64,000 nucleotides of DNA from IMG/VR virus record IMGVR_UViG_3300013111_000325, positions 52,898-116,897 of that record. One strand, written 5' to 3'. Made by a program: the position numbers and the translations under genes. Under the pieces are notes generated by a model, which was given only the letters and a program-made list of their open reading frames with translations, did no database searches and was not told the DNA's origin. Shown here in pieces: positions 1-10,982 of this stretch (positions are counted from its first letter, which is position 1; each line of letters starts with the position of its first letter). The stretch comes from a virus.

Positions 1-1
1 T

Positions 2-280
2 CTTGTTTTTGGAAATGGAGTTGCACCTTCAACAGTTCCTGAAGGACAAGCATATCTATATGCCAGAAATGTATCCGGAGGTGCGGATGATGGACTAACT
101 CACTTATTCACAAAAGATGAAGGTGGCAATGAAACTCAATTAGGACCGCATAATAAAGATAACGAATGGGAGTTTTATTCACGCAATACTAAAACTGGTA
201 AAGTTACAAGAATAAATATGGAACGAATGATACGTAAATTAGAAGAATTTACAGGAGAAACTTTTATTGAAAATGAATAA
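2..280 (+). CDS. 3' end of a gene entering from the left, possibly a virion/tail fibre protein
   Basis: Frame 2 is open from the window edge to TAA at 278-280 (…GPHNKDNEWEFYSRNTKTGKVTRINMERMIRKLEEFTGETFIENE). The function is a guess from context. Confidence 0.5.
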   Translation, partial: LVFGNGVAPSTVPEGQAYLYARNVSGGADDGLTHLFTKDEGGNETQLGPHNKDNEWEFYSRNTKTGKVTRINMERMIRKLEEFTGETFIENE

Positions 281-291
281 TATGGAGCATT

Positions 292-489
292 ATGGATAAA
301 GAGCATGTTGAAAATGAAGTTGAAAGATTGACAAAAGATAAAATTCAAATTGAAACATCGATTGTCACATATGAGAAAGAATTGGCGAAGTTAAAGGCAC
401 AGAATGATATGTTAACAGGTGCCTTACAAACTTGTAATTATTTTTTATCTCAATATGAAGAAGTAAAAGAAGAAACTGATAGTGTTTGA
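292..489 (+). CDS. small coiled-coil hypothetical protein
   Basis: ORF with GGAG RBS and heptad-like sequence. Confidence 0.6.
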   Translation: MDKEHVENEVERLTKDKIQIETSIVTYEKELAKLKAQNDMLTGALQTCNYFLSQYEEVKEETDSV

Positions 490-871
490 AAATTTAAATG
501 AAGATAATTTTATATTATATGCGATGAAATATTATGAAAATACACAATGTTTAAGCGAGGTGGAATTTCATAATGATTTAAAAATTATAAAATATATTAA
601 AAGATTATTGAATAGATATTCGAAGACAGGTAAGATAAAGGAAAGATTAATGCTTAATCATTTAATTATGCTATCAAATGTTTTTCCTATTCCAGTGTTG
701 GTAAGAATATTATTTTTGAAGATACCTGAAGATTATTGGAAAGAATTGAAAACGTTTTTGATTTTTTTGAAATATATGCCAGAAGTGATTTCAAGTATTA
801 ATCAAAGAACTATTATTAGTTCAGATATAGGTGTTGATTTGTACATAGCAGAGAAACTAAGGAAAATTTAA
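482..871 (+). CDS. conserved T4-like phage hypothetical protein
   Basis: MFENLNEDNFILYAMKYY..PQC-type N-terminus and ERLMLNHLI motif, as recalled from marine T4-like phages. Confidence 0.7.
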   Translation: MFENLNEDNFILYAMKYYENTQCLSEVEFHNDLKIIKYIKRLLNRYSKTGKIKERLMLNHLIMLSNVFPIPVLVRILFLKIPEDYWKELKTFLIFLKYMPEVISSINQRTIISSDIGVDLYIAEKLRKI

Positions 872-1617
872 TGTCTCTATTAAAGTCAGCAGGAAACATA
901 TATTTTGCTTATCAATTTTTAACGAAATTGACAACTCCATTTGAAAAGACCGAGGCATATAAATTAGGTATAATAGATGAAAAAGGCAAAGTTTTAAAGA
1001 AACGAAGCAAACTCAAAAGTCAAGAAGAGAGAGATGCATACACGATAACAGATACTATGATCTTTAATCTTAAAAAACTATTAGGTAAAGTGCCTGGTGG
1101 TAAAACAAGGTTTGCAACATTTGCCGCCGCATTATTTTTACTTAAAGAAGATTTAACTTATAGACATTATCAAGATCAGAGTTTTTTACAAGAAGAATTT
1201 TTCAAGTTTATGAAAACAGATGAAAAAAATGTACAAATGGTGAGAGAACAGATTACATTAAGAGAAAAATATCTTGAAGAGTTAGATGCAGGCAGTGGTA
1301 ATATAGCAAGTATTGGTGTAGGACCAGATGGTGAACCTCCAGGTATTACGGCGGCACAAAAAAAGAAAAAAAGAGAAAAATTTGCAGGGGCAGAGGTTTT
1401 CACAGTTGACCCAAATGTATTCATGAAAGCAAGATTTGGTAAAAAGAAATATGCAAAATATGAGAATTATGTAGGTAATGATGAAGTAGGTGAAGAGATA
1501 AGACAATACGGTAGAGCAAATCCAAGTAAACCTATCATAATTAAAGATAGTTTAACTGGGGCCATGCTTTATCTTAAATACGGAAAAGATAATGCAAGGA
1601 TTCAAAACTTTTATTAA
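871..1617 (+). CDS. conserved T4-like phage hypothetical protein
   Basis: AYQFLTKLTTPFEKTEAYKLGIIDEKG motif typical of T4-like phages; overlaps the previous stop codon. Confidence 0.7.
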   Translation: MSLLKSAGNIYFAYQFLTKLTTPFEKTEAYKLGIIDEKGKVLKKRSKLKSQEERDAYTITDTMIFNLKKLLGKVPGGKTRFATFAAALFLLKEDLTYRHYQDQSFLQEEFFKFMKTDEKNVQMVREQITLREKYLEELDAGSGNIASIGVGPDGEPPGITAAQKKKKREKFAGAEVFTVDPNVFMKARFGKKKYAKYENYVGNDEVGEEIRQYGRANPSKPIIIKDSLTGAMLYLKYGKDNARIQNFY

Positions 1618-1826
1618 AAACAGTAAAAAAAGAACAGTTGGCAATTCAACTTTGGAATACTCTACTGGTGCTTTACCGCCAATAGACGGAAAATGTCCAG
1701 ACGGATTTACTATGCACAATGAATTAGGAGGTTGTGTGCCAGCAGGACCAGAATTGCATGATATGAGTATGCCTGAAGTAGGTGACTCATATCCTGCTGG
1801 GACCCCGAAAAATGTTTAGGAGTTAA

Positions 1827-2762
1827 ATGGCAGTTATAAGACAAAATTTAGAATTATTATCACCTGACGAAGGTGATGCTGATGGTTCTAGACAAAATAA
1901 AATTACGTTCTATGGTTTTAAAAGTGGTGATGCCGATTTCAATGATGTCACAAGTGGTATTGGGCCTACAACTCAAGCAACAGGAACTGGATTAAACGAT
2001 GCAACATTTGGAGGATCTTATACGGGCAGTTCGACAAAAACTTATCAAGTAAAAATTACAGCCGTTGGAACTCCAGATTCTTTTCAATATAGTGATGACG
2101 GAGGATCTACTTTTAATGGGGTAAACATAGAGATAAGAAGTGATGGTGTTCAAGCATTAGCCGAGGGTGTTACAATTATTTTTGGAGCAACAACAGGACA
2201 TACGTTAAATGATGTATGGGAATCAACAGTTATTGTTCCTCTCACAACTTTAACTGCTCCACACAAAATGGCTGAAATTGAAGTAAATCATCCAGGAACA
2301 AGTGCCGATGTAAAAGGTAGATTGATTTTACGGTCAAATGATGGCGGACAGATAGGAAGTGTGTCAATTCATGCCGCCGTTGGATCTCCAGCAACTGGAG
2401 ATATTACAACAAGTGGCGATTATACAGGAGGTCCATCACCTGTCACTTATTATATCAAAACAACAGATATAACATCCACACCTCACAAGTGGGCATGGAG
2501 CACAAATAATTTAAATTATAGTGATGATATTGACATGGCAACAAGTGCTACGGCTGTAGAAAAAGGTATATCTATTGCATGGACAGGAACAACTGCAGGT
2601 GATGCTGTTGGTGATATTTATAAGTTTTCAGTTGGGCAAGATAACGTGCAATTACATGCAAATGGAGACATGGTCGTTTCTGATAAAGTAGTTTCAGAAG
2701 GTGGTCATTATGTGCCTAAAATTTTCGATGTGAGTGGAACTCTACTTAATACATATTCGTAA
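1827..2762 (+). CDS. probable virion structural protein with two internal beta-rich repeats
   Basis: Gly/Thr/Ser-rich; repeated pattern G.YTG....TY.(V/I)K.T…(F/W).(Y/W)S…G(V/I).I.(F/W)…G….D.(W/Y). Confidence 0.55.
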   Translation: MAVIRQNLELLSPDEGDADGSRQNKITFYGFKSGDADFNDVTSGIGPTTQATGTGLNDATFGGSYTGSSTKTYQVKITAVGTPDSFQYSDDGGSTFNGVNIEIRSDGVQALAEGVTIIFGATTGHTLNDVWESTVIVPLTTLTAPHKMAEIEVNHPGTSADVKGRLILRSNDGGQIGSVSIHAAVGSPATGDITTSGDYTGGPSPVTYYIKTTDITSTPHKWAWSTNNLNYSDDIDMATSATAVEKGISIAWTGTTAGDAVGDIYKFSVGQDNVQLHANGDMVVSDKVVSEGGHYVPKIFDVSGTLLNTYS

Positions 2763-2792
2763 TGACTGATTTTAAACAGAATGGAGAAATAA

Positions 2793-3146
2793 ATGTCTGA
2801 AAGAGGTATTAAAGAAACAAAAGAAGTTTTGGCTTTTGTTTTCAGTCTTGGTAATGCGATAAAAGTTAGTTTGTCTGATGGAGATTTTGATTTTTGGGAT
2901 GCCAAAAATTTTGTAGAGCCTTTAAAAAAAATTGCTCCTGCAGTAGAAAATATTGATGAAGTTCTTCCAGAATTAGAAGATTTGTCCTTGGATGAGGTTA
3001 TGGAATTAACTAAATATTCTATGACAGAGTTGGGTTTAGGGGGAAATATCGATATAGATGCTGAGGTCGAAGCCGCCGCAGAAACAGTACAAAATGCTAT
3101 TACCATGGGTAAAAGTTTATTAAAAATAGTCAATGGCATCGGATAA
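2793..3146 (+). CDS. hypothetical protein
   Basis: ORF with GGAG RBS. Confidence 0.6.
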   Translation: MSERGIKETKEVLAFVFSLGNAIKVSLSDGDFDFWDAKNFVEPLKKIAPAVENIDEVLPELEDLSLDEVMELTKYSMTELGLGGNIDIDAEVEAAAETVQNAITMGKSLLKIVNGIG

Positions 3147-3493
3147 TTAATGGAACACGAGAATTTGGTACAAATGATTATAACGCCTATGATAGTGGCT
3201 ATCATTGCTATGATAGGTTGGAGTCTTGCTTCTGTTATAGAATTAAAAGAAGAAGTGGCTCAGGTTAAATCAGAAGTAAAATATATTTCAAAGCAAGTTG
3301 ATTTGTTGCGAGATCAGCTTGCTTTGGTATATGATGTGGAAATGTATGCAAAACAATGATCTTGTGAAATTAGCACTATCTCTTAAAAAAAAGACAAAGA
3401 CAAGAGATCTGGTTCCTCTTTATGAATTTGCTAAAAAAAATAATATAAAAGAAGAAGAACTTATAACTGTAATCAAACAGGTTGGGATATAAT

Positions 3494-3522
3494 TTGACAT
3501 TTTGAACTTTTTGTTATATAAT
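3494..3522 (+). promoter_or_regulatory. sigma70-type promoter upstream of primase
   Basis: TTGACA-17nt-TATAAT. Confidence 0.65.
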
Positions 3523-3553
3523 ATAGTTATTTTCAACCCTTTCATTTTATATT

Positions 3554-4567
3554 ATGAGTATCTACATTGATCAAAAATTCATCAATTTACTCTCAGGACA
3601 ATTAGAACGATTTACACGCAAAAGAGATGATCTGTATAATTTCAGATGTCCTATCTGTGGTGATTCACAAAAGAAAAAACATAAAGCGAGAGGCTATGTC
3701 TATCGTAAAGAAAATCTTTTGTTTTATCGATGTCATAATTGTTCTGCGAGTATGAGTCTTGCCAATCTTATCAAGCAAATAAATCCTACCTTACATAAAC
3801 AATATGTTCTTGAAAGTTATACAAATAATGCTTCTACGTTTTCTCCAGTAGAAAAACCTGAATTCAAGTTTGAGCCACCTAAATTTTCTGATAGTCTTTC
3901 ACCTTTACAAAAATTGAAGTCAATCAATTTACTTAATGACGAGCATTATTGTAAAGAGTATGTGAATAAGAGAGGCATACCGAAAGAGCATCATAGAAAT
4001 TTATTCTATACAGAAAATTTTAAGACTTTTGTTCAAGGTCTTGAAATCTCCGATGTTGATATATATAAGCATCTTTATGAAGAGCCGAGGTTAGTGATTC
4101 CTTTCTTTGATAAATCACGGAAGATGTTTGCCGTTCAAGGACGAGCCCTAGGTCAATCGGACCTGAGATATATTACTGTAAGAATTGATGAACAATACCC
4201 TAAAATATATGGTCTTGATAGAGTTGATATAAGTAAGCCAATTTATGTAGTCGAAGGTCCGATTGACTCCTTGTTCATAGATAATTGTATTGCGGTTGCA
4301 GGTGGTGATTTAGTTTCAGCAATAAAACATTTCATTAATCAAGAACTGATATTTGTTTACGATAATGAAAGAAGAAATCGTGAGACAATCAAAAAGATGG
4401 AAGCAACAATTGAGAGACACCATAAAATAGTAATTTGGCCTCGGTACATAGAGCATAAAGATATTAATGATATGATTTTGAGTGGAATAGATGTTATAAA
4501 TGAGTTAAAAAATAATGTCTATTCTGGTCTAATTGCGAAAACAAAAATGTTGGAATTTAAAATATGA
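3554..4567 (+). CDS. T4-like DNA primase (gp61)
   Basis: Zn finger FRCPICGDS…CHNC; Toprim motifs VVEGPIDSLF, YDNE and KDINDM. Confidence 0.93.
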   Translation: MSIYIDQKFINLLSGQLERFTRKRDDLYNFRCPICGDSQKKKHKARGYVYRKENLLFYRCHNCSASMSLANLIKQINPTLHKQYVLESYTNNASTFSPVEKPEFKFEPPKFSDSLSPLQKLKSINLLNDEHYCKEYVNKRGIPKEHHRNLFYTENFKTFVQGLEISDVDIYKHLYEEPRLVIPFFDKSRKMFAVQGRALGQSDLRYITVRIDEQYPKIYGLDRVDISKPIYVVEGPIDSLFIDNCIAVAGGDLVSAIKHFINQELIFVYDNERRNRETIKKMEATIERHHKIVIWPRYIEHKDINDMILSGIDVINELKNNVYSGLIAKTKMLEFKI

Positions 4568-5379
4568 AAATACATAAGCATGGTTTTGTGAAGTTATTAG
4601 AAGTGATGGGTAATGATGAGGAAGTTGAAAATGCCGCCCGAATTAGTTACGGTGAAGGTACACGGAAGGTTAACCAAACAAGAAACCTAATTCGTTATTT
4701 GATGAGACACAAACATACATCACCATTTGAGATGTGCGAAGTGAAGTTTCATATTAAACTACCAATATTCGTGATGAGACAACTTGTTAGACATAGGACT
4801 GCTAACATAAACGAATACTCTGGTCGGTACTCATTAATGAGTGATGAATTTTATTTGCCTGCTGAAGCCGATGTACAAGAACAATCAGAAACAAACAATC
4901 AAGGTCGTGGTCAAGATTTGGATCAAGAAAATAAAATTCTTGTTTTAAGTCGCATGGTTGCAACTACCGATCAGGCAAAAGAGTGTTATAGACAAATTGC
5001 TAACCCTACTCTTCTAGATGGATTTTATGAAGGGTTTAAGGGTATTGCAAGAGAAATTGCAAGAACAGTTTTACCAGTTTCAAATTACACCGAGTGTATT
5101 TGGAAAATAGATTTACATAACTTTTTTCATTTTGCAAAATTACGTATGGATGCTCACGCACAAAAAGAGATACAAGATTACGCAAGTGCAATGTATGAAT
5201 TGGTAAAACCACATTTTCCTATTTGTTGTGAAGCCTTTGAAGACTATATTTTAAACTCAAAGACATTTTCCGCCAAAGAGATGAGGATTATCAAAGAGAA
5301 TCTAAATGGAAGTTGGGTAATGGCAAAATATGGTCTATCAGAACGAGAATCAAAAGAATTTTTAGAAAAATTAAAATAA
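4564..5379 (+). CDS. thyX: FAD-dependent thymidylate synthase
   Basis: AARISY, HTSPFE and RHRTANINEYSGRY ThyX signature. Confidence 0.96.
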   Translation: MKIHKHGFVKLLEVMGNDEEVENAARISYGEGTRKVNQTRNLIRYLMRHKHTSPFEMCEVKFHIKLPIFVMRQLVRHRTANINEYSGRYSLMSDEFYLPAEADVQEQSETNNQGRGQDLDQENKILVLSRMVATTDQAKECYRQIANPTLLDGFYEGFKGIAREIARTVLPVSNYTECIWKIDLHNFFHFAKLRMDAHAQKEIQDYASAMYELVKPHFPICCEAFEDYILNSKTFSAKEMRIIKENLNGSWVMAKYGLSERESKEFLEKLK

Positions 5380-5388
5380 GGAGCAAAA

Positions 5389-7320
5389 ATGCCTCTACCT
5401 ACCGAGTACCAATCATTTATTCACTTATCAAGATATGCAAGATGGAATTATACATTAAAACGTAGAGAATCATGGGAAGAAACAGTTGACAGATTGGTTA
5501 CTTTTTTTAAAGAACATTTAGATACAAAACATAGTTTTAAATTAGATAATGGGTTAGAGGCAGATCTGAGAGAGGCTATCACTAATCTAGATGTTATGCC
5601 TAGCATGAGATGCTTGATGACCGCAGGTGAAGCCCTTAAGAAAGAAAACATTGCAGGATATAATTGTTCATATGTTAAGGTAGATGTTCCAAGATCCTTT
5701 GATGAAGTGTTGTATATTCTCATGAATGGTACTGGTGTGGGATTTTCAGTAGAAGAAGAGTATGTGGCTCAATTACCAATAGTTGCCGAAGAGTTTCATG
5801 AGACTGACACAACAATAGTTGTAGCAGATAGTAAATTAGGATGGGCTAAAGCATATAAAGAATTACTCTCACTTATTTGGCAAGGTCAAATACCAAAGTG
5901 GGATCTTTCAAATGTGAGACCTGCAGGAGCACCACTCAAAACATTTGGAGGTAGAGCATCAGGTCCTGAGCCATTAGATGAACTGTTTAAGTTTACAATA
6001 AATACATTTCAGAATAGTGCAGGGCGTAAACTTAAACCGGTAGAAGCACATGATATTATATGTAAAATTGCAGAAATTGTTGTTGTTGGTGGGGTCCGCC
6101 GTTCTGCTCTTATCAGCCTGTCAAACTTACAAGACGAAACAATGCGACATGCTAAGTCAGGACAGTGGTGGGAGAATAATAAACAACGAGCCCTCGCCAA
6201 TAATTCGGTTAACTATAAAGAAAAGCCAGACATTGGGACTTTCATGCGAGAGTGGCTATCCCTCTACGATTCTAAATCGGGAGAGCGTGGAATCTATAAC
6301 AGTATGTCGGCCAAAAAACAAGTAGAAAGTTTAAACAATGAAGAAGAAATCAGAAGAGAACCAAGAGAAGACTTTGGAACTAACCCCTGCAGTGAGATCA
6401 TACTTAGAAGCAGAGAGTTTTGCAACCTTTCAGAAGTCGTTGTCCGTGGACGGGACACTGCCGAATCTTTACGGAAGAAAGTTCGCATGGCGACTATCCT
6501 TGGCACATTTCAATCAACCCTCACAAATTTCAAATACCTCTCCAGAGAGTGGAAACGAAACTGCGATGAAGAACGACTTCTTGGAGTCTCTCTCACAGGA
6601 ATAATGGACAATGCTCTTACAAATGGTAAGAAAAAAGGGCTAGAAGATTTATTAGAGAATCTTAAACAAGAAGCGGTTGCAACAAACAAAGAATTTGCAG
6701 AGAAACTTGACATTCCTCAATCTGCCGCTATTACATGCGTTAAGCCAAGCGGAACGGTTAGTCAGTTAGTCGATTCTGCATCAGGTATCCATGCCAGACA
6801 TAATCCATATTACATTAGAACTGTACGTGCAGACAACAAAGATCCTTTGTGTGCGTTCATGAAAGATGCAGGGTTTCCAAACGAAGCAGATGTAATGAAA
6901 CCACAACATACAACTGTATTTTCATTTCCAATGCAGAGTCCAAAAAATGCAGTATTTAGACAAGATATGACCGCAAAAGAGCAACTTGAACTCTGGCAGA
7001 AATATCAAACTCATTGGTGTGAGCATAAACCATCAGTGACAATTTCAGTCAAAGAACATGAATGGATGGAAGTAGGTAACTGGGTTTGGGACAACTTTGA
7101 CAATATCAGTGGTATCTCATTTCTTCCTTTTAATGAACATACTTATCGTCAAGCACCATATCAAGATTGTACAAAAGAAGAATATGAAGAAGCATTGAAA
7201 ACAATGCCAAAAAATGTTGATTGGTTACAGTTGGCTAAATACGAAGAGCAAGACTTTACTGCTGGAGCACAAGAATTGGCTTGTGCCTCCGATGGTGGTT
7301 GTGAAGTGGTGGACATCTAA
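5389..7320 (+). CDS. nrdJ: class II (B12-dependent) ribonucleotide reductase
   Basis: MPSMR, YNCSY, VVGGVRRSALI, GTNPCSEI, TCVKPSGTVS and C-terminal C…GCE. Confidence 0.95.
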   Translation: MPLPTEYQSFIHLSRYARWNYTLKRRESWEETVDRLVTFFKEHLDTKHSFKLDNGLEADLREAITNLDVMPSMRCLMTAGEALKKENIAGYNCSYVKVDVPRSFDEVLYILMNGTGVGFSVEEEYVAQLPIVAEEFHETDTTIVVADSKLGWAKAYKELLSLIWQGQIPKWDLSNVRPAGAPLKTFGGRASGPEPLDELFKFTINTFQNSAGRKLKPVEAHDIICKIAEIVVVGGVRRSALISLSNLQDETMRHAKSGQWWENNKQRALANNSVNYKEKPDIGTFMREWLSLYDSKSGERGIYNSMSAKKQVESLNNEEEIRREPREDFGTNPCSEIILRSREFCNLSEVVVRGRDTAESLRKKVRMATILGTFQSTLTNFKYLSREWKRNCDEERLLGVSLTGIMDNALTNGKKKGLEDLLENLKQEAVATNKEFAEKLDIPQSAAITCVKPSGTVSQLVDSASGIHARHNPYYIRTVRADNKDPLCAFMKDAGFPNEADVMKPQHTTVFSFPMQSPKNAVFRQDMTAKEQLELWQKYQTHWCEHKPSVTISVKEHEWMEVGNWVWDNFDNISGISFLPFNEHTYRQAPYQDCTKEEYEEALKTMPKNVDWLQLAKYEEQDFTAGAQELACASDGGCEVVDI

Positions 7321-7717
7321 TGCAAGTATTATCAGATGCGTTGTCCGAGAAAGATGAATTATATCAGACTATACGACACTATGAGGACTTATTAAGCGAA
7401 CAATTGATCGTTCCATCACACCTATATAATGCAGTAAAGATAAAAGAATTGCGAGAAAAACTATATTATTATAAGGCTGAATACGATGGATATGTCAATG
7501 GTCCCAGAACACTATGCGGATAATCTCCTAGCGGAGATCATGGACGAGATTGAAAATGAAATGACTAGGGTTTCTAACTTACGAGAAAAAATAAGAAGAA
7601 ACCCTAAACCAGACCTTAATCATTTGGTCATGCCAGAACGACTTAAATGTTATTCTGACGGACTTAAACATTGTTATCATTTATTAAAAAAATATAAGGA
7701 TTCGGAGAGGCCTGCAA

Positions 7718-7864
7718 ATGAACGAGATTGAAAAGGATTTTGATTGCGTTGAGTGTAGCGAATCATATATAGTTACATGGACTAGTCATAGGGCACCATC
7801 CCACTGTCCTTTTTGCGGTGCCTATGTAGAAACACCAGAAGAAGATGAAGATAATTGGGATTGA
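7718..7864 (+). CDS. small zinc-ribbon protein (not in ORF track)
   Basis: Own translation: MNEIEKDFDCVECSESY…HCPFCGAYVE…. Confidence 0.65.
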   Translation: MNEIEKDFDCVECSESYIVTWTSHRAPSHCPFCGAYVETPEEDEDNWD

Positions 7865-8417
7865 TTATTCATTAACCAGTCCTGCAATAACACTGTACAA
7901 TGGAAACGATAAGTGGAATTATAATTCTGGCACTTGTACTCATTTTTGTTTGGCGAATAATGAACGACAACGATCAAAATGGGCCGAGATTCGGAGCATA
8001 AAAACAGACATATATCCTGCTTGGGAAACTGATTTGCAGAGGTATCATGGGCTTGCAAACTGGGTGATTAATTGTTGTATTACTGCAACAAGCCCAGAAA
8101 GACCGAAAGCATATATAGAAGACTACGCATATGCCGCCACTGGTAGAGTATTTCACATAGCAGAGAATATGGCAATACTCAAAGACACACTCACAAAATG
8201 GGGAATCAAATACGAGATGGTTGCTCCTACCGTTATTAAAAAATACGCTACAACTAAAGGTAATGCTAACAAAGAAAAAATGTATGATGCATTCACCGAT
8301 GAGACTAATAGAAACCTATTAGACGAGTTTAACATTAAACTAAATAATCCTATCACAGATATAGTTGATAGTTATTACATAGCAAAGTACGGACACGCCT
8401 ATGGCAACAATACCTGA
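7845..8417 (+). CDS. RuvC/RNase H-fold nuclease (Holliday junction resolvase-like)
   Basis: IIGIDYS, IEDY, P..IKKYAT.KGNA.K and DIVDSYYIA. Confidence 0.75.
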   Translation: MKIIGIDYSLTSPAITLYNGNDKWNYNSGTCTHFCLANNERQRSKWAEIRSIKTDIYPAWETDLQRYHGLANWVINCCITATSPERPKAYIEDYAYAATGRVFHIAENMAILKDTLTKWGIKYEMVAPTVIKKYATTKGNANKEKMYDAFTDETNRNLLDEFNIKLNNPITDIVDSYYIAKYGHAYGNNT

Positions 8418-8769
8418 AGAATACGCAGATTTTGATTTTGGTTTTTCTGCGGTAGATGATGAAGAATACAAAGCGAAAACGACTGAGGTCGAAAAGAAAA
8501 TTGTAGAAGTCGAAGCAAAATCAGAATCCCTCACAAATCTAGAAAAAAAGATAGATTCCGCTATCAACGAAATCAATTACAAAAAAGAGTATCTTGAAGA
8601 AAAGTATGTGGAAGACATGCTTAAAGTTGAGAAACTTATTTTACCTCTATTGTATAATTTGATGAAAAATCCAGATAAAGATTATATTTACTGGCCAAAA
8701 CGTGACGAAATCATTACAAAACAAATCGAAAAAATAAAAGATATAACGAGAGATATACAAGTCGATTAA
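8401..8769 (+). CDS. conserved T4-like phage hypothetical protein
   Basis: DFGFSAVD…PLLYNLMKNPDKDYIYWP motif. Confidence 0.65.
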   Translation: MATIPEEYADFDFGFSAVDDEEYKAKTTEVEKKIVEVEAKSESLTNLEKKIDSAINEINYKKEYLEEKYVEDMLKVEKLILPLLYNLMKNPDKDYIYWPKRDEIITKQIEKIKDITRDIQVD

Positions 8770-8777
8770 GGATTATC

Positions 8778-9248
8778 ATGAATAAATTATGGTATAGTTG
8801 GGAAGAAATGAGAAGAGATGTAAATGTGCTTGCAAGAGATATTGTTCTTGACAAATTCGACCCAAATGTGATTGTTGGATTATCCAGAGGTGGTCTCACT
8901 CCTGGTGTTATGTTATCTCATTGGTTCAAGAAACCGTTTAAGCCTGTTAAATCGTCATTGAGAGATTTTCCTGAATGGGAAGATTATTTGCCGAAACCCA
9001 CCGATGAAAGGGTTTTAATCGTTGATGATATATGTGATTCGGGAGAAACATTTGAAAAAATGGCTCAACATATCAAAGGTCCACGAAAAGGACCAGAACA
9101 GAATATAGTTGATGTTAAATATGCAACCTTATGGTGGAACAATGAATGTAACTTTGAACCAACATATTATGTCAACGAGATTGCGAAGGATTCCACTAAA
9201 ACATGGATACATTTTCCGTGGGAGCAATGGTGGAATGCTCCAGTCTAA
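8778..9248 (+). CDS. purine phosphoribosyltransferase (Gpt-like)
   Basis: GLSRGG, PRPP-binding VLIVDDICDSGET and WIHFPWE. Confidence 0.88.
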   Translation: MNKLWYSWEEMRRDVNVLARDIVLDKFDPNVIVGLSRGGLTPGVMLSHWFKKPFKPVKSSLRDFPEWEDYLPKPTDERVLIVDDICDSGETFEKMAQHIKGPRKGPEQNIVDVKYATLWWNNECNFEPTYYVNEIAKDSTKTWIHFPWEQWWNAPV

Positions 9249-9263
9249 TAAAAAAGGAGAAAA

Positions 9264-9491
9264 ATGATAGATAAAATTCTCGGATGGATTAGATCCATCA
9301 CAGAAATAGGTTTATCACTTATAGCACTTGGAGTAGTGCTTCAGATCCTCTTTGGAGCCGCCGTACCGTTTATCGGTTTAGATGTGATCGGTTCTGTAGT
9401 AGGATTAGTAAAGCAACTTGGAAGCGAAGGACTCGTCGGATTAGTTGCAATTTGGGTATTGTGGGGCATTTATTCTAAACCTAGTGCCTAA
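9264..9491 (+). CDS. small membrane protein
   Basis: Strong RBS (AAGGAG); hydrophobic helices. Confidence 0.7.
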   Translation: MIDKILGWIRSITEIGLSLIALGVVLQILFGAAVPFIGLDVIGSVVGLVKQLGSEGLVGLVAIWVLWGIYSKPSA

Positions 9492-9503
9492 TTATTAATT
9501 ATT

Positions 9504-9536
9504 AGCGGTAAGGTGGAAGACTTACCGCTTTGTTTC
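9504..9536 (+). terminator. probable intrinsic terminator
   Basis: AGCGGTAAG/CTTACCGCT stem followed by TTGTTT. Confidence 0.55.
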
Positions 9537-9550
9537 TCGGAAGGAGAAAG

Positions 9551-10789
9551 ATGGACGATATTCAGTATATTCTGAATACTTTTTTGTTATTATTTTCTGG
9601 TGTGCTTGTTTTTTGGATGGCCGCTGGATTTGCAATGTTAGAATCAGGATTGGTGAGGACGAAAAATACGACCGCAATCCTAACTAAGAATGTTTGTTTA
9701 TATGCTCTTAGTTGTCTAGCATTCCTCGCATGTGGTTATTATCTCATGTATGGAGCCATGTCGGATGGAGACCATGCAGGGACCTCTGACTTCTTTTTTC
9801 AAGTAGTCTTTGTCGCAACAACCGCATCTATTATTTCAGGAGCAATAGCAGAACGAATGAGGTTTTGGTCATTTATGGTTTTTGTTCTTGTACTTTCCGC
9901 AATCATATATCCTATGCAAGGAGCCTGGACATGGGGTGGGGGATTTCTATCTGAGATGGGGTTCTCTGACTTTGCAGGATCTACAATTGTTCATTCAGTT
10001 GGAGGTTGGGCCGCACTTGCTGGTGTTCTATTATTAGGTGCCAGATCAGGTAAGTATACTGATGACGGAAAAATTAACTTGATTCCCCCTTCAAATCTTC
10101 CATTAGCAACTTTAGGAACAATGATTCTTTGGTTGGGGTGGTTTGGTTTTAATGGTGGTAGTCAATTGGCAATGGCTACTAAAGCAGATGTAAATGCTAT
10201 TGCAAGTGTGTTTGTAAATACAAATATTGCCGCCTGTGCTGGCGCTATTACTGCTATGATTTTGACTCAACTGTTATATAAAAGAGTTGATTTGACGATG
10301 GTATTGAATGGTGCATTAGCAGGACTAGTTTCTATTACTGCAGGTCCTGATTATCCTACTATGTGGTTAGCAACTGTTATAGGAATAATTGGAGCAGGAT
10401 TATGTGTACTAGCAATCCCTATGTGGGATAAACTAAAAATTGATGATCCGGTAGGAGCATTGTCTGTTCATTTAGTTGCTGGTATATGGGGAACATTAGC
10501 AGTAGGAGTGTTTAATCATGAAGTAAGTTTGATGTCGCAAATACAGGGCATTTTAATTATTGGAGCATTTGTTTTTGGCTCTAGTTTTGCAGTTTGGTAT
10601 GTTATTAAACTAGCAATGGGACTCCGGATTTCTTTGGAAGAAGAAACTCAGGGTATTGACATTGCTGAATTTGGTCATTCTGCTTATACGATAGGTCATG
10701 GTGAATTTGTTACTCATGACGAAATTAAATTAGGTAGAGGAACATTTGTTCCTGAAAGTGAACAATCTCTTAATTTGGTATCAAATTGA
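9551..10789 (+). CDS. amtB: ammonium transporter (Amt family)
   Basis: GFAMLESG, SGAIAER, DFAGSTIVHSVGG, WFGFNGGS and DDPVGALSVH; ATG at 9551 after AAGGAG. Confidence 0.96.
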   Translation: MDDIQYILNTFLLLFSGVLVFWMAAGFAMLESGLVRTKNTTAILTKNVCLYALSCLAFLACGYYLMYGAMSDGDHAGTSDFFFQVVFVATTASIISGAIAERMRFWSFMVFVLVLSAIIYPMQGAWTWGGGFLSEMGFSDFAGSTIVHSVGGWAALAGVLLLGARSGKYTDDGKINLIPPSNLPLATLGTMILWLGWFGFNGGSQLAMATKADVNAIASVFVNTNIAACAGAITAMILTQLLYKRVDLTMVLNGALAGLVSITAGPDYPTMWLATVIGIIGAGLCVLAIPMWDKLKIDDPVGALSVHLVAGIWGTLAVGVFNHEVSLMSQIQGILIIGAFVFGSSFAVWYVIKLAMGLRISLEEETQGIDIAEFGHSAYTIGHGEFVTHDEIKLGRGTFVPESEQSLNLVSN

Positions 10790-10982
10790 GTAAAATAAAA
10801 CAGCCCAACCCAATTTCTGAGGGTTGGGGAGTTTACCGTGAATTAGTTGATGAGGTAGTAGCAAATACACATATGATGAAAGGTGTGCCATTTATAAAAT
10901 GTCTAACTCACGATGATTGTCATTTAGATGCATTTTATCCAGGTAAACATTGGAGGTCTCTTAAACAAGATGAGACTGGAAG

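Noticed and set aside
5389-7320. Intron or intein in nrdJ, thyX or primase
   Set aside because: The ORFs are continuous and of normal length, with no intein motifs.
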